Part shown: piece after piece, positions 1-11,627 of the stretch | Layout of the letters: every line of letters begins with the position of its first letter | Numbering within the stretch: the stretch's first letter is position 1 | NCBI GenBank assembly: GCA_964057225.1 | Contig: OZ059900.1 | Span: 15,500,001-15,564,000 of the forward strand | DNA length: 64,000 nucleotides | Direction: 5' to 3' | Source: Auanema rhodensis | Lineage: Eukaryota > Animalia > Nematoda | Position numbers and translations under genes: made by a program | Notes under the pieces: generated by a model | Seen by the model: only the letters and a program-made list of their open reading frames with translations | What the model was told of the DNA's origin: nothing | Database searches by the model: none

Positions 1-342
1 TAGTGTTCAGCATGTAAAATGCTTCATTTTAGTATGTAACACGCTGAAATTCGTTGCATTTGACGACTCATATGAACAAAAATCGATTTAATCAATATTA
101 GCCATAAGGGGCGTGCCCTCAGAATATGCTAATTTCCTTAATTTTCTAACCCCTGTTTTTTTGTCGTGAAAGTGGAACTAGACGTTGTACGAACAATTTT
201 GAGCTGGGTTTCATTGACATTGCATGAGTTTGAACACATGAAATCGTAAGTCAAAACCTTGTTTACAGCGAAATTTCCAAAAACTGGTTTTCCAGCATAA
301 TAAAATATTTCTCATGGGAAATACTGTGTTTTTGTATTTTTC
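1..342 (+). repeat. Representative monomer M1 (consensus except A>G at position 206)
   Basis: Hand count of the consensus gives 57 C + 59 G in 342 bp (~34% GC) and 10 CpG. It has many A/T runs of 3-7 nt, single ClaI (ATCGAT, 82-87) and NdeI (CATATG, 69-74) sites, and several short palindromes. Confidence 0.97.
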
Positions 343-3300
343 TAGTGTTCAGCATGTAAAATGCTTCATTTTAGTATGTAACACGCTGAAATTCGTTGCA
401 TTTGACGACTCATATGAACAAAAATCGATTTAATCAATATTAGCCATAAGGGGCGTGCCCTCAGAATATGCTAATTTCCTTAATTTTCTAACCCCTGTTT
501 TTTAGTCGTGAAAGTGGAACTAGACGTTGTACGAACAATTTTGAGCTAGGTTTCATTGACATTGCATGAGTTTGAACACATGAAATCGTAAGTCAAAACC
601 TTGTTTACAGCGAAATTTCCAAAAACTGGTTTTCCAGCATAATAAAATATTTCTCATGGGAAATACTGTGTTTTTGTATTTTTCTAGTGTTCAGCATGTA
701 AAATGCTTCATTTTAGTATGTAACACGCTGAAATTCGTTGCATTTGACGACTCATATGAACAAAAATCGATTTAATCAATATTAGCCATAAAGGGCGTGC
801 CCTCAGAATATGCTAATTTCCTTAATTTTCTAACCCCGGTTTTTTTGTCGTGAAAGTGGAACTAGACGTTGTAGGAACAATTTTGAGCTAGGTTTCATTG
901 ACATTGCATGAGTTTGTACACATGAAATCGTAAGTCAAAACCTTGTTTACAGCGAAATTTTCAAAAACTGGTTTTCCAGCATAATAAAATATTTCTCATG
1001 GGAAATACTGTGTTTTTGTATTTTTCTAGTGTTCAGCATGTAAAATGCTTCATTTTAGTATGTAACACGCTGAAATTCGTTGCATTTGACGACTCATATG
1101 AACAAAAATCGATTTAATCAATATTAGCCATAAGGGGCGTGCCCTCAGAATATGCTAATTTCCTTAATTTTCTAACCCCTGTTTTTTTGTCGTGAAAGTG
1201 GAACTAGACGTTGTACGAACAATTTTGAGCTAGGTTTCATTGACATTGCATGAGTTTGAACACATGAAATCGTAAGTCAAAACCTTGTTTACAGCGAAAT
1301 TTCCAAAAACTGGTTTTCCAGCATAATAAAATATTTCTCATGGGAAATACTGTGTTTTCGTATTTTTCTAGTGTTCAGCATGTAAAATGCTTCATTTTAG
1401 TATGTAACACGCTGAAATTCGTTGCATTTGACGACTCATATGAACAAAAATCGATTTAATCAATATTAGCCATAAGGGGCGTGCCCTCAGAATATGCTAA
1501 TTTCCTTAATTTTCTAACCCCTGTTTTTTTGTCGTGAAAGTAGAACTAGACGTTGTACGAACAATTTTGAGCTGGGTTTCATTGACATTGCATGAGTTTG
1601 AACACATGAAATCGTAAGTCAAAACCTTGTTTACAGCGAAATTTCCAAAAACTGGTTTTCCAGCATAATAAAATATTTCTCATGGGAAATACTGTGTTTT
1701 TGTATTTTTCTAGTGTTCAGCATGTAAAATGCTTCATTTTAGTATGTAACACGCTGAAATTCGTTGCATTTGACGACTCATATGAACAAAAATCGATTTA
1801 ATCAATATTAGCCATAAGGGGCGTGCCCTCAGAATATGCTAATTTCCTTAATTTTCTAACCCCTGTTTTTTTGTCGTGAAAGTGGAACTAGACGTTGTAC
1901 GAACAATTTTGAGCTGGGTTTCATTGACATTGCATGAGTTTGAACACATGAAATTGTAAGTCAAAACCTTGTTTACAGCGAAATTTCCAAAAACTGGTTT
2001 TCCAGCATAATAAAATATTTCTCATGGGAAATACTGTGTTTTTGTATTTTTCTAGTGTTCAGCATGTAAAATGCTTCATTTTAGTATGTAACACGCTGAA
2101 ATTCGTTGCATTTGACGACTCATATGAACAAAAATCGATTTAATCAATATTAGCCATAAAGGGCGTGCCCTCAGAATATGCTAATTTCCTTAATTTTCTA
2201 ACCCCTGTTTTTTTGTCGTGAAAGTGGAACTAGACATTGTATTAACAATTTTGAGCTAGGTTTCATTGACATTGCATGAGTTTGAACACATGAAATCGTA
2301 AGTCAAAACCTTGTTTACAGCGAAATTTCCAAAAACTGGTTTTCCAGCATAATAAAATATTTCTCATGGGTATTACTGTGTTTTTGTATTTTTCTAGTGT
2401 TCAGCATGTAAAATGCTTCATTTTAGTATGTAACACGCTGAAATTCGTTGCATTTGACGACTCATATGAACAAAAATCGATTTAATCAATATTAGCCATA
2501 AGGGGCGTGCCCTCAGAATATGCTAATTTCCTTAATTTTCTAACCCCTGTTTTTTTGTCGTGAAAGTGGAACTAGACGTTGTACGAACAATTTTGAGCTA
2601 GGTTTCATTGACATTGCATGAGTTTGAACACATGAAATCGTAAGTCAAAACCTTGTTTACAGCGAAATTTCCAAAAACTGGTTTTCCAGCATAATAAAAT
2701 ATTTCTCATGGGAAATACTGTGTTTTTGTTTTTTTCTAGTGTTCAGCATGTAAAATGCTTCATTTTAGTATGTAACACGCTGAAATTCGTTGCATTTGAC
2801 GACTCATATGAACAAAAATCGATTTAATCAATATTAGCCATAAGGGGCGTGCCCTCAGAATATGCTAATTTCCTTAATTTTCTAACCCCTGTTTTTTTGT
2901 CGTGAAAGTGGAACCAGACGTTGTACGAACAATTTTGAGCTAGGTTTCATTGACATTGCATGAGTTTGAACACATGAAATCGTAAGTCAAAACCTTGTTT
3001 ACAGCGAAATTTCCAAAAACTGGTTTTCCAGCATAATAAAATATTTCTCATGGGAAATACTGTGTTTTTGTATTTTTCTAGTGTTCAGCATGTGAAATGC
3101 TTCATTTTAGTATGTAACACGCTGAAATTCGTTGCATTTGACGACTCATATGAACAAAAATCGATTTAATCAATATTAGCCATAAAGGGCGTGCCCTCAG
3201 AATATGCTAATTTCCTTAATTTTCTAACCCCTGTTTTTTTGTCGTGAAAGTGGAACTAGACATTGTATTAACAATTTTGAGCTAGGTTTCATTGACATTG

Positions 3301-6300
3301 CATGAGTTTGAACACATGAAATCGTAAGTCAAAACCTTGTTTACAGCGAAATTTCCAAAAACTGGTTTTCCAGCATAATAAAATATTTCTCATGGGTATT
3401 ACTGTGTTTTTGTATTTTTCTAGTGTTCAGCATGTAAAATGCTTCATTTTAGTATGTAACACGCTGAAATTCGTTGCATTTGACGACTCATATGAACAAA
3501 AATCGATTTAATCAATATTAGCCATAAGGGGCGTGCCCTCAGAATATGCTAATTTCCTTAATTTTCTAACCCCTGTTTTTTTGTCGTGAAAGTGGAACTA
3601 GACGTTGTACGAACAATTTTGAGCTAGGTTTCATTGACATTGCATGAGTTTGAACACATGAAATCGTAAGTCAAAACCTTGTTTACAGCGAAATTTCCAA
3701 GAACTGGTTTTCCAGCATAATAAAATATTTCTCATGGGAAATACTGTGTTTTTGTTTTTTTCTAGTGTTCAGCATGTAAAATGCTTCATTTTAGTATGTA
3801 ACACGCTGAAATTCGTTGCATTTGACGACTCATATGAACAAAAATCGATTTAATCAATATTAGCCATAAGGGGCGTGCCCTCAGAATATGCTAATTTCCT
3901 TAATTTTCTAACCCCTGTTTTTTTGTCGTGAAAGTGGAACCAGACGTTGTACGAACAATTTTGAGCTAGGTTTCATTGACATTGCATGAGTTTGAACACA
4001 TGAAATCGTAAGTCAAAACCTTGTTTACAGCGAAATTTCCAAAAACTGGTTTTCCAGCATAATAAAATATTTCTCATGGGAAATACTGTGTTTTTGTATT
4101 TTTCTAGTGTTCAGCATGTGAAATGCTTCATTTTAGTATGTAACACGCTGAAATTCGTTGCATTTGACGACTCATATGAACAAAAATCGATTTAATCAAT
4201 ATTAGCCATAAAGAGCGTGCCCTCAGAATATGCTAATTTCCTTAATTTTCTAACCCCTGTTTTTTTGTCGTGAAAGTGGAACTAGACGTTGTAGGAACAA
4301 TTTTGAGCTAGGTTTCATTGACATTGCATGAGTTTGAACACATGAAATCGTAAGTCAAAACCTTGTTTACAGCGAAATTTCCAAAAACTGGTTTTCCAGC
4401 ATAATAAAATATTTCTCATGGGAAATACTGTGTTTTTGTATTTTTCTAGTGTTCAGCATGTAAAATGCTTCATTTTAGTATGTAACACGCTGAAATTCGT
4501 TGCATTTGACGACTCATATGAACAAAAATCGATTTAATCAATATTAGCCATAAGGGGCGTGCCCTCAGAATATGCTAATTTCCTTAATTTTCTAACCCCT
4601 GTTTTTTTGTCGTGAAAGTGGAACTAGACGTTGTACGAACAATTTTGAGCTAGGTTTCATTGACATTGCATGAGTTTGAACACATGAAATCGTAAGTCAA
4701 AACCTTGTTTACAGCGAAATTTCCAAAAACTGGTTTTCCAGCATAATAAAATATTTCTCATGGGAAATACTGTGTTTTTGTATTTTTCTAGTGTTCAGCA
4801 TGTAAAATGCTTCATTTTAGTATGTAACACGCTGAAATTCGTTGCATTTGACGACTCATATGAACAAAAATCGATTTAATCAATATTAGCCATAAGGGGC
4901 GTGCCCTCAGAATATGCTAATTTCCTTAATTTTCTAACCCCTGTTTTTTTGTCGTGAAAGTGGAACTAGACGTTGTACGAACAATTTTGAGCTAGGTTTC
5001 ATTGACATTGCATGAGTTTGAACACATGAAATCGTAAGTCAAAACCTTGTTTACAGCGAAATTTCCAAAAACTGGTTTTCCAGCATAATAGAATATTTCT
5101 CTTGGGAAATACTGTGTTTTTGTATTTTTCTAGTGTTCAGCATGTAAAATGCTTCATTTTAGTATGTAACACGCTGAAATTCGTTGCATTTGACGATTCA
5201 TATGAACAAAAATCGATTTAATCAATATTAGCCATAAGGGGCGTGCCCTCAGAATATGCTAATTTCCTTAATTTTCTAACCCCTGTTTTTTTGTCGTGAA
5301 AGTGGAACTAGACGTTGTACGAACAATTTTGAGCTAGGTTTCATTGACATTGCATGAGTTTGAACACATGAAATCGTAAGTCAAAACCTTGTTTACAGCG
5401 AAATTTCCAAAAACTGGTTTTCCAGCATAATAAAATATTTCTCATGGGAAATACTGTGTTTTTGTATTTTTCTAGTGTTCAGCATGTAAAATGCTTCATT
5501 TTAGTATGTAACACGCTGAAATTCGTTGCATTTGACGACTCATATGAACAAAAATCGATTTAATCAATATTAGCCATAAGGGGCGTGCCCTCAGAATATG
5601 CTAATTTCCTTAATTTTCTAACCCCTGTTTTTTTGTCGTGAAAGTGGAACTAGACGTTGTACGAACAATTTTGAGCTAGGTTTCATTGACATTGCATGAG
5701 TTTGAACACATGAAATCGTAAGTCAAAACCTTGTTTACAGCGAAATTTCCAAAAACTGGTTTTCCAGCATAATAGAATATTTCTCATGGGAAATACTGTG
5801 TTTTTGTATTTTTCTAGTGTTCAGCATGTAAAATGCTTCATTTTAGTATGTAACACGCTGAAATTCGTTGCATTTGACGATTCATATGAACAAAAATCGA
5901 TTTAATCAATATTAGCCATAAGGGGCGTGCCCTCAGAATATGCTAATTTCCTTAATTTTCTAACCCCTGTTTTTTTGTCGTGAAAGTGGAACTAGACGTT
6001 GTACGAACAATTTTGAGCTAGGTTTCATTGACATTGCATGAGTTTGAACACATGAAATCGTAAGTCAAAACCTTGTTTACAGCGAAATTTCCAAAAACTG
6101 GTTTTCCAGCATAATAAAATATTTCTCATGGGAAATACTGTGTTTTTGTATTTTTCTAGTGTTCAGCATGTAAAATGCTTCATTTTAGTATGTAACACGC
6201 TGAAATTCGTTGCATTTGACGACTCATATGAACAAAAATCGATTTAATCAATATTAGCCATAAGGGGCGTGCCCTCAGAATATGCTAATTTCCTTAATTT

Positions 6301-9300
6301 TCTAATCCCTGTTTTTTTGTCGTGAAAGTGGAACTAGACATTGTATTAACAATTTTGAGCTAGGTTTCATTGACATTGCATGAGTTTGAACACATGAAAT
6401 CGTAAGTCAAAACCTTGTTTACAGCGAAATTTCCAAAAACTGGTTTTCCAGCATAATAAAATATTTCTGATGGGAAATACTGTGTTTTTGTATTTTTCTA
6501 GTGTTCAGCATGTAAAATGCTTCATTTTAGTATGTAACACGCTGAAATTCGTTGCATTTGACGACTCATATGAACAAAAATCGATTTAATCAATATTAGC
6601 CATAAGGGGCGTGCCCTCAGAATATGCTAATTTCCTTAATTTTCTAACCCCTGTTTTTTAGTCGTGAAAGTGGAACTAGACGTTGTACGAACAATTTTGA
6701 GCTAGGTTTCATTGACATTGCATGAGTTTGAACACATGAAATCGTAAGTCAAAACCTTGTTTACAGCGAAATTTCCAAAAACTGGTTTTCCAGCATAATA
6801 AAATATTTCTCATGGGAAATACTGTGTTTTTGTATTTTTCTAGTGTTCAGCATGTAAAATGCTTCATTTTAGTATGTAACACGCTGAAATTCGTTGCATT
6901 TGACGACTCATATGAACAAAAATCGATTTAATCAATATTAGCCATAAGGGGCGTGCCCTCAGAATATGCTAATTTCCTTAATTTTCTAACCCCAGTTTTT
7001 TTGTCGTGAAAGTGGAACTAGACGTTGTACGAACAATTTTGAGCTAGGTTTCATTGACATTGCATGAGTTTGAACACATGAAATCGTAAGTCAAAACCTT
7101 GTTTACAGCGAAATTTCCAAAAACTGGTTTTCCAGCATAATAAAATATTTCTCATGGGAAATACTGTGTTTTTGTATTTTTCTAGTGTTCAGCATGTAAA
7201 ATGCTTCATTTTAGTATGTAACACGCTGAAATTCGTTGCATTTGACGACTCATATGAACAAAAATCGATTTAATCAATATTAGCCATAAAGGGCGTGCCC
7301 TCAGAATATGCTAATTTCCTTAATTTTCTAACCCCTGTTTTTTTGTCGTGAAAGTGGAACTAGACGTTGTAGGAACAATTTTGAGCTAGGTTTCATTGAC
7401 ATTGCATGAGTTTGAACACATGAAATCGTAAGTCAAAACCTTGTTTACAGCGAAATTTTCAAAAACTGGTTTTCCAGCATAATAAAATATTTCTCATGGG
7501 AAATACTGTGTTTTTGTATTTTTCTAGTGTTCAGCATGTAAAATGCTTCATTTTAGTATGTAACACGCTGAAATTCGTTGCATTTGACGACTCATATGAA
7601 CAAAAATCGATTTAATCAATATTAGCCATAAGGGGCGTGCCCTCAGAATATGCTAATTTCCTTAATTTTCTAACCCCTGTTTTTTTGTCGTGAAAGTGGA
7701 ACTAGACGTTGTACGAACAATTTTGAGCTAGGTTTCATTGACATTGCATGAGTTTGAACACATGAAATCGTAAGTCAAAACCTTGTTTACAGCGAAATTT
7801 CCAAAAACTGGTTTTCCAGCATAATAAAATATTTCTCATGGGAAATACTGTGTTTTTGTATTTTTCTAGTGTTCAGCATGTAAAATGCTTCATTTTAGTA
7901 TGTAACACGCTGAAATTCGTTGCATTTGACGACTCATATGAACAAAAATCGATTTAATCAATATTAGCCATAAGGCGCGTGCCCTCAGAATATGCTAATT
8001 TCCTTAATTTTCTAACCCCTGTTTTTTAGTCGTGAAAGTGGAACTAGACGTTGTACGAACAATTTTGAGCTAGGTTTCATTGACATTGCATGAGTTTGAA
8101 CACATGAAATCGTAAGTCAAAACCTTGTTTACAGCGAAATTTCCAAAAACTGGTTTTCCAGCATAATAAAATATTTCTGATGGGAAATACTGTGTTTTTG
8201 TATTTTTCTAGTGTTCAGCATGTAAAATGCTTCATTTTAGTATGTAACACGCTGAAATTCGTTGCATTTGACGACTCATATGAACAAAAATCGATTTAAT
8301 CAATATTAGCCATAAAGGGCGTGCCCTCAGAATATGCTAATTTCCTTAATTTTCTAACCCCTGTTTTTTTGTCGTGAAAGTGGAACTAGACGTTGTACGA
8401 ACAATTTTGAGCTAGGTTTCATTGACATTGCATGAGTTTGAACACATGAAATCGTAAGTCAAAACCTTGTTTACAGCGAAATTTCCAAAAACTGGTTTTC
8501 CAGCATAATAAAATATTTCTCATGGGAAATACTGTGTTTTTGTATTTTTCTAGTGTTCAGCATGTAAAATGCTTCATTTTAGTATGTAACACGCTGAAAT
8601 TTGTTGCATTTGACGACTCATATGAACAAAAATCGATTTAATCAATATTAGCCATAAGGGGCGTGCCCTCAGAATATGCTAATTTCCTTAATTTTCTAAC
8701 CCCTGTTTTTTTGTCGTGAAAGTGGAACCAGACGTTGTATTAACAATTTTGAGCTAGGTTTCATTGACATTGCATGAGTTTGAACACATGAAATCGTAAG
8801 TCAAAACCTTGTTTACAGCGAAATTTCCAAAAACTGGTTTTCCAGCATAATAAAATATTTCTCATGGGAAATACTGTGTTTTTGTATTTTTCTAGTGTTC
8901 AGCATGTAAAATGCTTCATTTTAGTATGTAACACGCTGAAATTCGTTGCATTTGACGACTCATATGAACAAAAATCGATTTAATCAATATTAGCCATAAA
9001 GGGCGTGCCCTCAGAATATGCTAATTTCCTTAATTTTCTAACCCCTGTTTTTTTGTCGTGAAAGTGGAACTAGACATTGTATTAACAATTTTGAGCTAGG
9101 TTTCATTGACATTGCATGAGTTTGAACACATGAAATCGTAAGTCAAAACCTTGTTTACAGCGAAATTTCCAAAAACTGGTTTTCCAGCATAATAAAATAT
9201 TTCTCATGGGTATTACTGTGTTTTTGTATTTTTCTAGTGTTCAGCATGTAAAATGCTTCATTTTAGTATGTAACACGCTGAAATTCGTTGCATTTGACGA

Positions 9301-11627
9301 CTCATATGAACAAAAATCGATTTAATCAATATTAGCCATAAAGGGCGTGCCCTCAGAATATGCTAATTTCCTTAATTTTCTAACCCCTGTTTTTTTGTCG
9401 TGAAAGTGGAACTAGACATTGTATTAACAATTTTGAGCTAGGTTTCATTGACATTGCATGAGTTTGAACACATGAAATCGTAAGTCAAAACCTTGTTTAC
9501 AGCGAAATTTCCAAAAACTGGTTTTCCAGCATAATAAAATATTTCTCATGGGTATCACTGTGTTTTTGTATTTTTCTAGTGTTCAGCATGTAAAATGCTT
9601 CATTTTAGTATGTAACACGCTGAAATTCGTTGCATTTGACGACTCATATGAACAAAAATCGATTTAATCAATATTAGCCATAAAGGGCGTGCCCTCAGAA
9701 TATGCTAATTTCCTTAATTTTCTAACCCCTGTTTTTTTGTCGTGAAAGTGGAACTAGACATTGTATTAACAATTTTGAGCTAGGTTTCATTGACATTGCA
9801 TGAGTTTGAACACATGAAATCGTAAGTCAAAACCTTGTTTACAGCGAAATTTCCAAAAACTGGTTTTCCAGCATAATAAAATATTTCTCATGGGTATTAC
9901 TGTGTTTTTGTATTTTTCTAGTGTTCAGCATGTAAAATGCTTCATTTTAGTATGTAACACGCTGAAATTCGTTGCATTTGACGACTCATATGAACAAAAA
10001 TCGATTTAATCAATATTAGCCATAAGGGGCGTGCCCTCAGAATATGCTAATTTCCTTAATTTTCTAACCCCTGTTTTTTTGTCGTGAAAGTGGAACTAGA
10101 CGTTGTACGAACAATTTTGAGCTAGGTTTCATTGACATTGCATGAGTTTGAACACATGAAATCGTAAGTCAAAACCTTGTTTACAGCGAAATTTCCAAAA
10201 ACTGGTTTTCCAGCATAATAAAATATTTCTCATGGGAAATACTGTGTTTTTGTATTTTTCTAGTGTTCAGCATGTAAAATGCTTCATTTTAGTATGTAAC
10301 ACGCTGAAATTTGTTGCATTTGACGACTCATATGAACAAAAATCGATTTAATCAATATTAGCCATAGAGGCGTGCCCTCAGAATATGCTAATTTCCTTAA
10401 TTTTCTAACCCCTGTTTTTTTGTCGTGAAAGTGGAACCAGACGTTGTAGAAACAATTTTGAGCTAGGTTTCATTGACATTGCATGAGTTTGAACACATGA
10501 AATCGTAAGTCAAAACCTTGTTTACAGCGAAATTTCCAAAAACTGGTTTTCCAGCATAATAAAATATTTCTCATGGGAAATACTGTGTTTTTGTATTTTT
10601 CTAGTGTTCAGCATGTAAAATGCTTCATTTTAGTATGTAACACGCTGAAATTCGTTGCATTTGACGACTCATATGAACAAAAATCGATTTAATCAATATT
10701 AGCCATAAGGGGCGTGCCCTCAGAATATGCTAATTTCCTTAATTTTCTAACCCCTGTTTTTTTGTCGTGAAAGTGGAACTAGACGTTGTACGAACAATTT
10801 TGAGCTAGGTTTCATTGACATTGCATGAGTTTGAACACATGAAATCGTAAGTCAAAACCTTGTTTACAGCGAAATTTCCAAAAACTGGTTTTCCAGCATA
10901 ATAAAATATTTCTCATGGGAAATACTGTGTTTTTGTATTTTTCTAGTGTTCAGCATGTAAAATGCTTCATTTTAGTATGTAACACGCTGAAATTCGTTGC
11001 ATTTGACGACTCATATGAACAAAAATCGATTTAATCAATATTAGCCATAAAGGGCGTGCCCTCAGAATATGCTAATTTCCTTAATTTTCTAACCCCTGTT
11101 TTTTTGTCGTGAAAGTGGAACTAGACATTGTATTAACAATTTTGAGCTAGGTTTCATTGACATTGCATGAGTTTGAACACATGAAATCGTAAGTCAAAAC
11201 CTTGTTTACAGCGAAATTTCCAAAAACTGGTTTTCCAGCATAATAAAATATTTCTCATGGGTATTACTGTGTTTTTGTATTTTTCTAGTGTTCAGCATGT
11301 AAAATGCTTCATTTTAGTATGTAACACGCTGAAATTCGTTGCATTTGACGACTCATATGAACAAAAATCGATTTAATCAATATTAGCCATAAGGGGCGTG
11401 CCCTCAGAATATGCTAATTTCCTTAATTTTCTAACCCCTGTTTTTTTGTCGCGAAAGTGGAACTAGACGTTGTACGAACAATTTTGAGCTAGGTTTCATT
11501 GACATTGCATGAGTTTGAACACATGAAATCGTAAGTCAAAACCTTGTTTACAGCGAAATTTCCAAAAACTGGTTTTCCAGCATAATAAAATATTTCTCAT
11601 GGGAAATACTGTGTTTTTGTATTTTTC
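1..11627 (+). repeat. Large segmental duplication within the array, copy 1 (M1-M34); may extend left of the window
   Basis: The ordered series of rare variants (TTGTACAC in M3, TTTCGTA in M4, GTAGAA in M5, AAATTGT in M6, CCAAGAA in M11, AAAGAGC in M13, AATCCC in M19, CCCAG in M21, AGGCGC in M24, GTATCAC in M28, GTCGCG in M34) recurs in the same order from 22914. Confidence 0.9.

Noticed and set aside
146-153. Telomere-like CTAACCCC motif
   Set aside because: It is a single short occurrence per monomer, not a tandem telomeric tract, and is expected by chance.
109-162. Rho-independent terminator (GC hairpin plus T tract)
   Set aside because: The hairpin and the T7 run are ~37 bp apart and there is no upstream gene or prokaryotic context.
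224-433. Tandem gene array read with TGA=Trp or stop readthrough
   Set aside because: This would give a 69-aa ORF per monomer, but shared frameshifting deletions (M123, M130, M146) fall inside it, and a 64-kb gene-free array does not fit genomes using that code.
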